Below are positions 19,101 to 28,018 of a stretch of DNA of 52,377 nt, in pieces (within the stretch, counting starts at the first letter, position 1; each line of letters opens with the position of its first letter). The notes under the pieces are model-generated. The model worked only from the letters and a program-made list of their open reading frames with translations, did no database searches and had not been told where the DNA came from. The DNA is from a virus (lineage: Duplodnaviria > Caudoviricetes): positions 1-52,377 of IMG/VR virus record IMGVR_UViG_3300032294_001087. The stretch is one strand, 5' to 3'. The translations under genes were made by a program, and so were the position numbers.

Positions 19101-19482
19101 ACCAGGTGTTGGATTAGTGGCATACGGTCAAAAAACACGTTCTGCACAGACTTCAGCAATGGATCGTATTAACGTAGCTCGTTTAGTAGTTTATCTACGT
19201 ACAATCCTAGCTAGAGTTGCATCACCGTTCATTTTTGAACCAAACGATACTATTACACGTAGCCAAGTTAAATCAGCATTTGATGCAGTGTTTAACGATC
19301 TAGTTGCTAAACGTGGTATCTATGATTACTTGGTAGTTTGCGATACTACAAACAACACACCAGCACGTATTGATGCTAACGAGTTGTGGGTTGATATTGC
19401 TATACAACCAGTTAAAGCAATTGAATTTATCTATATTCCAGTACGCTTACAAAACACTGGTGCAGCGTTGACAATTCAATAA
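16177..19482 (+). CDS. gp18: Contractile tail sheath protein (gp18-like), enlarged
   Basis: SPGVSVT..D.S N-terminus, PWFAPAG.RRG, YGQKT...SAMDRINV.RL, FEPND..TR, VVCD..NNTP..ID and QP.KAIEFIYI motifs. Confidence 0.95.
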   Translation: MASLTSPGVSVTIIDQSQYVTTQAGTVPFVLVATAQDKQTPSGTLATGTTIANAEKIITVTSQRDLVNIFGNPFFEVDAAGNPVNDSQRNEYGLLAAYSALGSTNTIYIQRANVNLSELEGTSTRPTGEPSDGTYWLDTGNTNWGVYEWSIDNGFISQQTNITVITDSDYLSGGVPLSTFGSIGDYAVVATSSSNPIYYKGYNNNWVLVGGDSWKSVVPTVVGTVANPTITNGSRIIINGNVVSVSGTTAASAATAINAALNPNGVSAQVNTTGQLELFVNGATIIYSNAAGNLRGSIDTATSSPSTLQITRGSVLGFTDCAANLGVLNANIGPTISNGGNTYTYNGPTISFAGYTNPPAWRPTDVTPRPDGSIWLKTSATGNGANWAIKEYDATLETWNLLAAPLYASDSAAINGLDPVSGGAGLPAGTLYVQYDTLGTQTTTFRPYIKAVSGILSITGTVAGGTATYVNGDSFRLDVSVPGSATLANATIVLSGTTASAFVGGILGAGLPNITAGFNSSGQIFLRHLAGGTILMTQIGGNASLVTSGLTSDTNVQTLVAGTLFLASPFTPLTYNYGDTAPFSNPAENTLWYYSDPTEVDVMMHDGTGWRGYRLVSNDARGYNLTVTDPNGPILSASQPTTQSDETQLVPGDLWIDTGDLANFPVIYRYNGISWDLIDNTDNVESDGILFADARWSATGNVNIITDTLPTITSLLTSDHLDPDAPDYQLYARGTLLFNTRRSGYNVKRFKANYFTDAELAVVSATEADAWVTFSGEDPTTGVPYFGYKSQRSVVTRAMKSAIASSTTLREEQTQFNLICAPGYTELIQDMITLNNDRLNTAFIIGDSPLDLPSDSTTLDNWAKNANLAADNGEDGLVSRSEYLGVYYPSGLATNLDGNSVAVPPSHMMLRTIIRSDAVSYPWFAPAGVRRGLIDNVSSIGYVDRNNDNVWVSIGVTEGLRDILYTNSVNPLTVLPGVGLVAYGQKTRSAQTSAMDRINVARLVVYLRTILARVASPFIFEPNDTITRSQVKSAFDAVFNDLVAKRGIYDYLVVCDTTNNTPARIDANELWVDIAIQPVKAIEFIYIPVRLQNTGAALTIQ

Positions 19483-19496
19483 TATACGCAGATAAT

Positions 19497-19515
19497 GGGA
19501 GGGTCTGACCCTCCC
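19497..19515 (+). other. GC-rich stem-loop between sheath and tube genes (no U-tract)
   Basis: GGGAGGGT-ctg-ACCCTCCC. Confidence 0.6.
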
Positions 19516-19534
19516 CGTTCTGATAGAAAAAATG

Positions 19535-19541
19535 GTAAATA
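19535..19541 (+). promoter_or_regulatory. Late promoter variant
   Basis: GTAAATA upstream of SD AAGGA and ATG 19568. Confidence 0.5.
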
Positions 19542-19567
19542 CTATAAAGTATTAAAAGGAAGAAAAG

Positions 19568-20185
19568 ATGGCAACATCATCACTAACAAATTTTACAGTA
19601 CCGTTATCAACTAACCAAAGTGCTAGTTCGCAAGGTCTGTTAATGCCAAAATTAAAGTTCCGCTTTCGCGTAACTTTCTTAAACTTTGGTGTTACACAAC
19701 CTAGCACAGAACTAACAAAACAGGTTATTGACTTCAAACGTCCAAATCTGAGTTTTGAACAAATTGAAATTCCAATCTACAACAGTAAAGTTTATCTAGC
19801 AGGTAAACCGACCTGGGCAGAAGTAACTACAACACTACGTGATGACGCTAGCGGTGAAGTTACTAAACGTGTTGGCGAACAGATGCAAAAACAATTTGAC
19901 TTCTTTGAACAGAGCTCAGCAAGTTCAGGTATTGATTATAAATTCACTACAGTTCTTGAAATCCTTGATGGTGGTAACGGTGCTAATACACCTAACATCT
20001 TAGAAACTTGGGAAATGTATGGTTGCTATCTAATGTCAGCAGATTACAGCGATAATAACTATGCTAGTAACGAACCAATGACAGTAGCATTAAGCATACG
20101 TTATGATAATGCGCTACAAACACCTACAGGTGCAGGTATTGGTGCTCAAGTAACACGTACATTAGGTACGGTAATCACTGGTTAA
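19568..20185 (+). CDS. gp19: Tail tube protein (gp19-like)
   Basis: Follows the sheath gene. PKL..RFRV.F, RPNL.F...E....N...Y.AGK.TW and E.W..YGC...L.IRYD motifs. Confidence 0.85.
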   Translation: MATSSLTNFTVPLSTNQSASSQGLLMPKLKFRFRVTFLNFGVTQPSTELTKQVIDFKRPNLSFEQIEIPIYNSKVYLAGKPTWAEVTTTLRDDASGEVTKRVGEQMQKQFDFFEQSSASSGIDYKFTTVLEILDGGNGANTPNILETWEMYGCYLMSADYSDNNYASNEPMTVALSIRYDNALQTPTGAGIGAQVTRTLGTVITG

Positions 20186-20207
20186 CCCAGACGAAACACA
20201 TACAATT

Positions 20208-20235
20208 AGCCCGGTTAAAATCCGGGCTTTTTTTT
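20208..20235 (+). terminator. Rho-independent terminator
   Basis: AGCCCGG-ttaaaat-CCGGGCT followed by a T run. Confidence 0.9.
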
Positions 20236-20239
20236 GACG

Positions 20240-20246
20240 ATAAATA
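20240..20246 (+). promoter_or_regulatory. T4-like late promoter
   Basis: ATAAATA directly after the terminator. Confidence 0.7.
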
Positions 20247-20264
20247 GTATAAATGGGATAATAT

Positions 20265-21266
20265 ATGGCACTGGCTGATTTTTTAGGTGAATTAAGACAA
20301 TCGATAGCACCCGATCAAAATGTTAGGGACTATCAGCACGCTAGTCGTACCTTTATCGACAGCTTGTATAGACTAAGTCCAAAACTTAGTAATCTATTTC
20401 ATGTGTTTATTGACGTCAATCAGAATGTTACATCTCTTGATCAGAACAGTCAAATTGAAATAGGTCTAATGGCTAAAGATGTGCAACTGCCTAAATTTAC
20501 CATACAAAACAAAGTACACAATGCATATAATCGTAAGGTAGTACAACAAGAACGTGTAAATTACGATCCCGTGAGTATTACTTTTCACGATGATAGTGCT
20601 GACCAAGTTAGAAATTTTTGGCGTAACTATTTTCAATATTATTACAGAGACAGCGACTATCTTAGTAACGAGCAGACTTATAATTACGACAGTAAATATA
20701 ATCAACGTCAGCAACAAGAGTGGGGATACAGCCCTAGATCAAATGATGGTAATCAAAACTATATAAGCGCAATCCGTATCTATAGCCTACATCAAAAACG
20801 ATTTAGCTCATATAACTTAATAAGACCTACTATAACTTCTTTTGCTCACGGGCAACACACAGCAGGTGACTATACCCCTGTTGAGAATTCAATGACTGTA
20901 CAATATGAAGCTGTTTTATATGACAGCGGTCCAGTAAGTTCTGGAGTAGTTCAAGGATTTGATGTAATACACTATGACAGGACACCGAGTCCTCTACGTA
21001 ATGCCGGTGCCGCATTGGGTGGTATTGAGGGTGTTATTAGAGGAGTACAAAACGGTGACTTAGGTGCAGTTTTACATGAAGGTATTAATGTTTACAATAT
21101 TTTTACAGGCAGTGACGTGCAACTTAAACAAGCACCGTCTATAGATTTAAGTAGTATAGGAAATGAAATTCTCCGCGGGCAAAATCCGTTTGGTACAGTT
21201 TTTGCGCCTACAAGTGCTTCAGTGCAACAAGGCATTCGCAAAGCAGTCGGCGGAAGCAGCGGTTAA
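20265..21266 (+). CDS. Tail tube-like baseplate protein (gp54/gp48-like)
   Basis: Tube-fold motifs LPKFTI...N.YNRK...Y.PVSITFHDD and P.ITSF.H....MTVQYE. Confidence 0.65.
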   Translation: MALADFLGELRQSIAPDQNVRDYQHASRTFIDSLYRLSPKLSNLFHVFIDVNQNVTSLDQNSQIEIGLMAKDVQLPKFTIQNKVHNAYNRKVVQQERVNYDPVSITFHDDSADQVRNFWRNYFQYYYRDSDYLSNEQTYNYDSKYNQRQQQEWGYSPRSNDGNQNYISAIRIYSLHQKRFSSYNLIRPTITSFAHGQHTAGDYTPVENSMTVQYEAVLYDSGPVSSGVVQGFDVIHYDRTPSPLRNAGAALGGIEGVIRGVQNGDLGAVLHEGINVYNIFTGSDVQLKQAPSIDLSSIGNEILRGQNPFGTVFAPTSASVQQGIRKAVGGSSG

Positions 21267-21275
21267 GGAACTAAT

Positions 21276-21794
21276 ATGGCAATCAACGGAAATTTACCAG
21301 GACAAACTACAAACAATCCTGAAACTACTAATTACTTTAATAATTTTTACAATAATCCTACAAGCACAAGTCCGATGATTAACGACGCTGTGGTTGCCTA
21401 TTTTCAAAGTATTACAGGTAACGCAGACACTGGACGTAATCTTGCTGCGGCAGTTATTTTTACAGCTCTACAACAGAGCATAGATCCGATGAGTGTAGTT
21501 GATCAACTGCAAACGTTAAGTAAACGCAATTTAGCCAATGCACCTGCTTATTATCCAGGAACTACGAATCAGGAAGCTCAAGACACTGATGTGTATGATG
21601 CAGAAACAGGCACTTGGACTAGTAGTGGTAAACAATATGCCAAGCCAGGGCCAAGCGCATCATTCAATGAAATTAGTGAACTTGACGCTTATCTAACTAT
21701 GTTCCTAAATCTTAACAGAGTAGGCACAAGTCTACTGGGACTTAGCAATAGCCCTCAAGTCAGTTCCTATATTAGTCGCGCAATTTTAGCATAA
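21276..21794 (+). CDS. Hypothetical virion/baseplate protein
   Basis: SD AAGGA, within the structural operon. Confidence 0.6.
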   Translation: MAINGNLPGQTTNNPETTNYFNNFYNNPTSTSPMINDAVVAYFQSITGNADTGRNLAAAVIFTALQQSIDPMSVVDQLQTLSKRNLANAPAYYPGTTNQEAQDTDVYDAETGTWTSSGKQYAKPGPSASFNEISELDAYLTMFLNLNRVGTSLLGLSNSPQVSSYISRAILA

Positions 21795-22225
21795 TGTCCA
21801 AATACGCTAACGGAAAATTTACAATTAAAAACCCCGAAAAGTACATAGGCAAACGTGTACCTACATACCGCAGTAGTTGGGAATTTGCTTTTATGAGCTT
21901 TGCGGATAATAATCCAGCTGTAACTCAATGGGCCAGTGAAAGCATACAAATACCTTATTTTAACCCTGTGCTAGGTCGCCAGACTATTTATGTACCAGAT
22001 TTTGTTATAGTGTACCAAGATGCAGGTAAAAAGCAACATGTTGAAGTAGTTGAAATTAAACCACTTGCTCAGACCACAATGGAAAGTGCTAAGTCAGTCA
22101 AAGACAAATACAGTGTAGCAATTAACATGGCCAAATGGGCTGCTGCTGATGCATGGTGTAAAGCCAATAATATGCGCTTTAGAGTAGTCACCGAACACGA
22201 TATCTTCAAAAATCTTAAACGATAA
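21794..22225 (+). CDS. gp4: Head completion protein (T4 gp4-like, TnsA-like nuclease fold)
   Basis: NPEKY.G...YRSSWE..FM...D.NP.V..WASE.I.IPY, Y.PDF, EIKP, N.AKW.AA and FRV.TE motifs. Confidence 0.9.
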   Translation: MSKYANGKFTIKNPEKYIGKRVPTYRSSWEFAFMSFADNNPAVTQWASESIQIPYFNPVLGRQTIYVPDFVIVYQDAGKKQHVEVVEIKPLAQTTMESAKSVKDKYSVAINMAKWAAADAWCKANNMRFRVVTEHDIFKNLKR

Positions 22226-22233
22226 AAATCTCG

Positions 22234-22240
22234 TTAAATA
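22234..22240 (+). promoter_or_regulatory. Late promoter variant
   Basis: TTAAATA 7 nt before ATG 22248, no SD. Confidence 0.5.
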
Positions 22241-22247
22241 CATAACT

Positions 22248-22736
22248 ATGACAAAGAAACTAGAAGAATTATTCAACCTCTCACCTTGCGAGGAATCAGA
22301 TGCTACTCCTCAACAAGTAGAACACACTATCGAAGAAAATCGTGCTATCATCAAGGAAGTAGATGAAGCCATTGATAAGATCGATGCGGCACTGCCATTT
22401 GTAGCAGACTTAGATGTCAGCGATCGAGAGCTAGATGAACTCAGCGACCTTGCTAAAGAAAAATTCCAGGACCTGATTGATCTAGGCATGAACGTTGAAG
22501 CACGCTTCAGCGGACACATCCTAGCCACAGCAGGTACCCTGCTAGGACATGCTATTACAGCCAAGCAAGCCAAGCTAGATAAGAAGCTACGTATGGTGGA
22601 TCTACAGCTGAAAAAGGCACGTTTAGACCAAGCAAATGCCAAAAACGATGGCGAAAAACTAGTAGATGCAGCCGATGGTAAGGGCGTGATACTAGATCGC
22701 AACGAATTGCTCAAGCAAATTCTTAACAAAAAATAA
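22248..22736 (+). CDS. Putative terminase small subunit
   Basis: Helical 162-aa protein with a central helix pair and a C-terminal ILDRNELLK motif resembling gp16-like proteins. Confidence 0.5.
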   Translation: MTKKLEELFNLSPCEESDATPQQVEHTIEENRAIIKEVDEAIDKIDAALPFVADLDVSDRELDELSDLAKEKFQDLIDLGMNVEARFSGHILATAGTLLGHAITAKQAKLDKKLRMVDLQLKKARLDQANAKNDGEKLVDAADGKGVILDRNELLKQILNKK

Positions 22737-22747
22737 CAGTATTTTTG

Positions 22748-22754
22748 ATAAATA
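22748..22754 (+). promoter_or_regulatory. T4-like late promoter
   Basis: ATAAATA upstream of SD AGGA. Confidence 0.7.
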
Positions 22755-22775
22755 ACAATAATAGGAAAACTTATT

Positions 22776-23378
22776 ATGAAAAACTTTTTACAATATCTTT
22801 CAGAAGTTCAAAAAACATACGAATTCCGTATTAAAATCGCTAACTGTGATCCCAAGGACAAGTTAGATGGACTTAAAATTGGTCTCGCACAATACGCTGT
22901 AGAAAGCGTTAGTGCTGCCAAACGCCTACCAATCAAAGCCAATGATATCGATTTTCCAAGCATTTCGAACTGCGAAGTGTTCTTGATGGATGCTGTATTA
23001 AAATATCCAGTAAATGATGCACAATTACGTTCAATCGTAGCAGAACGTTTAGGTTGTCCAGTTGCACAAGTAGTTGTAGTTCCTAAATATAATCCAGAAG
23101 AGATCTGGCGTTGGAATGTAGATGGCGAAAGTGAAATTAAAGAATATAAACAAGGTGATGCAGAATTAACGAAACCTTACCCAGCCGCTGATGCAGATCA
23201 AAAAGCTGCTAGCAAGGCTTATGCTGGTGCAGAAACTATTCTTAAAGAATTAATTAAACCGGCTGAAGTAAAAATTGAAGGCAATGAGCCTGCTGATGGT
23301 AAAACATTAAACGACATTTCAACTAGTGATTTAAGTCCAGTTGGCAGCACTAAAAATAAGATTCCCAGCCCAAAATAA
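22776..23378 (+). CDS. Putative prohead core/internal head protein
   Basis: N-terminus MKNFLQYLSE resembles T4 capsid-targeting sequences. Confidence 0.5.
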   Translation: MKNFLQYLSEVQKTYEFRIKIANCDPKDKLDGLKIGLAQYAVESVSAAKRLPIKANDIDFPSISNCEVFLMDAVLKYPVNDAQLRSIVAERLGCPVAQVVVVPKYNPEEIWRWNVDGESEIKEYKQGDAELTKPYPAADADQKAASKAYAGAETILKELIKPAEVKIEGNEPADGKTLNDISTSDLSPVGSTKNKIPSPK

Positions 23379-23389
23379 AGGTCTATAGA

Positions 23390-26300
23390 ATGAGCGACAA
23401 TATATATGATATCTTAGGAAAACTCAACGGTCTAGTACCTAAAGAGAATCCTCAATCAATCGCTGAACCCATCTACGAAAGCGTAGATCCTCGCGGTGAT
23501 ATCATGTCTGCTGTCACACAACTTGAAGAACGCTATATGGGCTTTAAAGAAGCCAAAGGCAAATCTAAACGCAAAGAACCAGAAGCAGTGATTCCTGCTA
23601 CTGACTTAACTAAAAGTGCTGATCCTGATGTGGCAAGATTAGCAACTGCTGCCAAGTTTATCAAACCTGAACTAAATGATTTTGAAGCGATAGTTAGTTA
23701 TACGAGTAAACTAGAAAAAGAACTAGAACAGGCTGAAAAGGCTGACGTGGTTGATAGACAAAAGATTGAACAATTACAAAATATGCTGGCAAAAACACAG
23801 GCTAATCAAGATGCCATGCAGAAAGTAATCACTGCGACTGATCAGAGATTCCGCGCTGTCAATGATAAGATAGCTTCTGGCCAGATCACAGCACAAGATC
23901 AAGCTGCCGCCAAAGCGGCCCAACAAATTGAAAAAGATCATGATGCGGCAGTGGCTGCTGTACAAAAAGCACCACAACAACCAAACGCAATAGTGGCTAC
24001 ACCGCAACAACCAACTGCTGATATCTATCGACTCCCTGGCAAAAAACAATCAGGAAAATCATCTGCAGGCGGTGGTAGATCTGCAGGCGGTGGTAGAGCG
24101 GAAATACCAACAGCTGCAAATGACCCAATGTCATATACACCTGTAGCTAGAGCCGTTGGACAAAATGAAAACAAAGAGAGTAAATTAAAAATGTTAAGAG
24201 AATACAAAGAGAATGATCCTGATCTAGGGCTAATTAATTATAATTCAGCACTCAAAGCATTCCAAAATGCACAGGAAAAAATAACATTGGATTTTGGTGG
24301 TAAACCATTACCTCTTTATGATTATCAACTATATGGTCTATTAACAGACCTTACAGCAGATCAGAATCAAGATCGTAAAATGGCACGTATTGAAACAGTG
24401 ATGTCAAACTATGACAGCGTAGTGCAATTATTAATGACGCCAAAAGTAAAAAAATTGATTCAACAATTCCCAGAATATGCTAAAAAGAATCCAAAATTTA
24501 AAGCACGTATGCGTGATGTCAATAGAGACCAGTTTAAATTAGAACCAGCACCACCAGAGGATCCACGTTATGATCCTAGACTAGACCCCAATTCACCAGA
24601 ATTTGATCAAGCGTATGCGGCTACTCAGTCTCATCCTTATCAACGTAGCGATAGCCAATTAGAAGAAAACTTAGGAACCACAAGCATGAAAAACGTAAAA
24701 CAACTAGCAGAAAATCTAATGGAGAGATTTGCTAACTTCAGAGAAGATGCCAAGCCAGACTTCTTAGATCTTGACAAAGATGGCGATACCGAAGAGCCGA
24801 TGAAGAAGGCCGCTAAAGATGCTAAAGACGAAGAGCCAGCAAAACCAGATAGTGATGCTGTAGCTAAACGTAAACGCCTACAAGCACTTAAAGACAAACA
24901 AGAAGATGAACGTGCTGAGAAAGATGATTATGATAGTAAATCATCCTCACGTGTTGTTAAAGGTCGTGCTTACGGTGGCTCTGCACAAAAAGATGATGAA
25001 GACAAAGATGACTTAGATGAAGTAAGTTATTCAGCTAAGGCTGCACGTGCAGGTAAAGATATTGGTAAACCAGGTAAAGCATTCGCTAAGATCGCTAAAT
25101 CAGCAGGCGAACGTTATGGTAGTAAGGAACGTGGTGAGAAAGTAGCTGGTGCTGTGCTTAAGAAATTACGTGCTAACGAAAGTGAAGAAGTTGAAGAAAG
25201 TGGTCTACAAGCATATCTAGGCAAAAAGAAATACGGTAAAGAAGGTATGAAAGCTCTACAAAAAGCAGGTCGCGAAGGCGCAAGCAAAGAGAAGATGGCT
25301 ATGATCCGTGCTAAACATGATAAAATGGATGAATCAGCTAAGCCAGACTATATCGATCTCGACAAAGATGGCAACAAAACAGAACCATTGAAAAAAGCTG
25401 CTAAAGAAAAAAAAGCTAAACCGTTTAGTAGCGACGACTATGATGAATACGGTGTACGTCACTCTTCATCTTTTAATCAACCACCTAAGAAAGTCGATGA
25501 AGTAGCACCCCCAGGTGCTAAAGCAGAACGCATGGTTAAACATATCAAGAAAGGTTATGCTAAAGACGGAAAACTAACTAAGAAAGAAAAAGGTATCGCT
25601 TATGCTACTGCTTGGAAAGCGCATAACAAAGGCCAAGTAGAAGAAGGTAAAGCAGCTGACAAAGTAACACATGATTTACAGAAGATAGCTGATAAAAAAG
25701 GTTACAAATCTAAGAAAGATTTTACATCAGCAGATTGGGATAACGTAGCTAAACCACATGGTTACACAGGCAAAGAAGTTGCCGCGATAAGAGGACACAA
25801 AATTGCAGAAAGCCGTAATCACGAAAGCAGTGAATACACTTATGAAACAGTTGGTCGCATCCTATGTGATGAACAACCACACCTGGATTGCAATTCAGAA
25901 GCATTCGTAAAAGCAGTTTATGATGAATTGATTGAAATGAAAATGACACCAAAAGCTGCTCGTTGGTTAGTTCATTATGATGAAGATTTTATCAGTGACT
26001 GTGCTTCATCATACAGCCATTTCTGTGCTAGCAAGGAAAAAGAAGCTATGGAATGTGGCGCACCAATGAACAGTTTCGTCAGTGAAGAACCTGTGTTAGA
26101 TGCAGTGCAAGAACTAGATGAGATTGCTCGCCTAGCTGGGTTAACACGTGAAAACTATAATCCAATGGTACCGGGTGATTCAGCAAGTCCATTGACCTAT
26201 GCAGGTTGTCCAAAATGCAATGCTGACCCTTGTTGCTGTGAAGATGAAAAAGCTATGGATGAGGGTATGGGTTGCACAGAAGATGAATTGAATGAAGCTG

Positions 26301-27064
26301 CAACACGCAAAGATTTCCGTATGGTAGCTGATCTATTACAATCAATCCCAGATATAGCTAAAAGAACAGAGCTAGCTATGTATCATGCAGATATATTCAA
26401 AGAACAAAATCCAAGATTTAAAAAGGAAATGTTCTTAGCAGCCGCTGGTGTTGATACTACTCCGATTGAAGATACTATGGATGAAGATGCATTAGGTGCT
26501 GCAATGGGCGGAGTAGCAGGTGCACTTGTAGGTAAAAGTCCACAAGCCGCGGCTACCGGTGCTAAATTAGGTAGTGCAGCCCGTGATGCGTTTAATAGCG
26601 CGACTGGCTTAGAAGAAGAAGAAATAGGTGAAGGTAACGAATTCTCAGGCGCCTTAGCTAAAGCTCGCGCTGAAGGGAAAAAGGAGTTTGAAGTGGACGG
26701 TAAAAAATACACAGTAAAAGAAGATATCAACATTAACGTATCAGCTAACGGTGAAGAAGATGTGGTTAATCTAATCCGTAAGTTAAGTGGTATGCCAATG
26801 GTTGCTATCCAAGCACAACCAGCCGTGGCTGAAGAAATCGTCGCAGAAGAAGGCCCTAAAGAACGTGATATCGAGTATACAAACTCGCCACGCGAAGAAG
26901 TAGCAGGAACAGATGCGGCTATTCCGGCAGGTGGTGATCTAAATCGTGCTAAGAAACAATACAAGAAAGAATATCCTGGTGACAATCCAATGGCAGTTGC
27001 AGAAGCCAAAGAAGAACAACTATGGCGTGCATACGAAACTATGATCAACGATCTAAAGGCCTAA
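23390..27064 (+). CDS. Large, highly charged modular protein, putative internal head polyprotein
   Basis: 1224 aa, K/E/D-rich, many (L/I/V/M)-x-E sites at module borders, two KPD(F/Y)(L/I)DLDKDG repeats. Confidence 0.55.
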   Translation: MSDNIYDILGKLNGLVPKENPQSIAEPIYESVDPRGDIMSAVTQLEERYMGFKEAKGKSKRKEPEAVIPATDLTKSADPDVARLATAAKFIKPELNDFEAIVSYTSKLEKELEQAEKADVVDRQKIEQLQNMLAKTQANQDAMQKVITATDQRFRAVNDKIASGQITAQDQAAAKAAQQIEKDHDAAVAAVQKAPQQPNAIVATPQQPTADIYRLPGKKQSGKSSAGGGRSAGGGRAEIPTAANDPMSYTPVARAVGQNENKESKLKMLREYKENDPDLGLINYNSALKAFQNAQEKITLDFGGKPLPLYDYQLYGLLTDLTADQNQDRKMARIETVMSNYDSVVQLLMTPKVKKLIQQFPEYAKKNPKFKARMRDVNRDQFKLEPAPPEDPRYDPRLDPNSPEFDQAYAATQSHPYQRSDSQLEENLGTTSMKNVKQLAENLMERFANFREDAKPDFLDLDKDGDTEEPMKKAAKDAKDEEPAKPDSDAVAKRKRLQALKDKQEDERAEKDDYDSKSSSRVVKGRAYGGSAQKDDEDKDDLDEVSYSAKAARAGKDIGKPGKAFAKIAKSAGERYGSKERGEKVAGAVLKKLRANESEEVEESGLQAYLGKKKYGKEGMKALQKAGREGASKEKMAMIRAKHDKMDESAKPDYIDLDKDGNKTEPLKKAAKEKKAKPFSSDDYDEYGVRHSSSFNQPPKKVDEVAPPGAKAERMVKHIKKGYAKDGKLTKKEKGIAYATAWKAHNKGQVEEGKAADKVTHDLQKIADKKGYKSKKDFTSADWDNVAKPHGYTGKEVAAIRGHKIAESRNHESSEYTYETVGRILCDEQPHLDCNSEAFVKAVYDELIEMKMTPKAARWLVHYDEDFISDCASSYSHFCASKEKEAMECGAPMNSFVSEEPVLDAVQELDEIARLAGLTRENYNPMVPGDSASPLTYAGCPKCNADPCCCEDEKAMDEGMGCTEDELNEAATRKDFRMVADLLQSIPDIAKRTELAMYHADIFKEQNPRFKKEMFLAAAGVDTTPIEDTMDEDALGAAMGGVAGALVGKSPQAAATGAKLGSAARDAFNSATGLEEEEIGEGNEFSGALAKARAEGKKEFEVDGKKYTVKEDININVSANGEEDVVNLIRKLSGMPMVAIQAQPAVAEEIVAEEGPKERDIEYTNSPREEVAGTDAAIPAGGDLNRAKKQYKKEYPGDNPMAVAEAKEEQLWRAYETMINDLKA
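24061..24096 (+). repeat. Perfect 18-nt tandem duplication (SAGGGR twice)
   Basis: atctgcaggcggtggtag twice. Confidence 0.9.
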
Positions 27065-27065
27065 C

Positions 27066-27392
27066 ATGAAAGAACTACGCGAATTTATTGAGTTGATGGA
27101 TGCCATACAAGAAGGCAAACCTATCAATGAAGATGCTGTAGATGCTGTGCATCTTAGCGATATGTTAGATCAACTTGAAGAACATCTCAATCAAGCTGTT
27201 GGTATTGCTAACGATCTAGCACGTTTTGGTCGTGATCTTCCAGGTCCTTTCGCAGGTCAGATCCGTAGTTATCTAACACCACACCTAGAAAGTTTTATTG
27301 ATGATCGCCGCCAACCAGGTAGTATTCCTAGTCTACGCAGCATGTTAAGTGACAGTCAAGAAGACGACGATGACGAAGAAATTGGTATATGA
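27066..27392 (+). CDS. Hypothetical, putative internal head protein
   Basis: N-terminus MKELREFIE...INE, acidic. Confidence 0.55.
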   Translation: MKELREFIELMDAIQEGKPINEDAVDAVHLSDMLDQLEEHLNQAVGIANDLARFGRDLPGPFAGQIRSYLTPHLESFIDDRRQPGSIPSLRSMLSDSQEDDDDEEIGI

Positions 27393-27754
27393 AGATTAAT
27401 GAGATTATCACAGAAGTATTAGAAAGAGGCAAGTTTCGTAAGTCAACTCGCCAATCTCTATCAAACGTAGATAGTTATCCATATTTAGATAATAATTCAC
27501 ATCCTTATGTAGCCTATAGATTTGGTATGGCGTTGGCTAGAAGTCCTATCGATGTAGTTGATCCCCTAGGCCCAATAGGTAGTGAATTTACAACGGTTGG
27601 ATATAGTGATGCTGATCAAGAAATCATCGATCATGCACGTAAAGAATTTGGATTAAAGATAAGAAAACACAGCGAAAAAGGCAGTGAAGAATTAGAAAAA
27701 ATTAATAAAGTCAGCCCAGTTGCTAAACCTAAACGTAACAAATACGGTGTATAA
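27389..27754 (+). CDS. Hypothetical, putative internal head protein
   Basis: N-terminus MKINEIITE, ATGA overlap with the upstream gene. Confidence 0.6.
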   Translation: MKINEIITEVLERGKFRKSTRQSLSNVDSYPYLDNNSHPYVAYRFGMALARSPIDVVDPLGPIGSEFTTVGYSDADQEIIDHARKEFGLKIRKHSEKGSEELEKINKVSPVAKPKRNKYGV

Positions 27755-27982
27755 ATGGATAGTATCGAAGAAATAAAACAATTAGCTGGTATTACACAAA
27801 ATATAGGACGCCTACAGGAATACAAAGGTCAAGGCACAGTCAGCACAGAAGGCAGTAACATGAGTATTACAGCCAACGAAAAAATACAATATCAAAACAA
27901 TAATAATATCCAACCTGGAACCTCAGAATGGTTCCAATTGTGGTTCTCAAAACCATATCTAACAGGCGAAAAACCCTGGTAA
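27755..27982 (+). CDS. Conserved small phage protein
   Basis: EIKQLAGI motif, C-terminal IQPGTSEWFQLWFSKPYLTGEKPW. Confidence 0.65.
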   Translation: MDSIEEIKQLAGITQNIGRLQEYKGQGTVSTEGSNMSITANEKIQYQNNNNIQPGTSEWFQLWFSKPYLTGEKPW

Positions 27983-28006
27983 TTGTAGTACCCAAACACT
28001 TCCAAC

Positions 28007-28013
28007 ATAAGTA
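28007..28013 (+). promoter_or_regulatory. Late promoter variant
   Basis: ATAAGTA 5 nt before the terminase ATG. Confidence 0.5.
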
Positions 28014-28018
28014 ATAAT

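Noticed and set aside
21794-22225. TnsA-like transposase or mobile element
   Set aside because: The motifs fit T4 gp4 head completion protein within a structural operon, and there are no transposon ends or partner genes.
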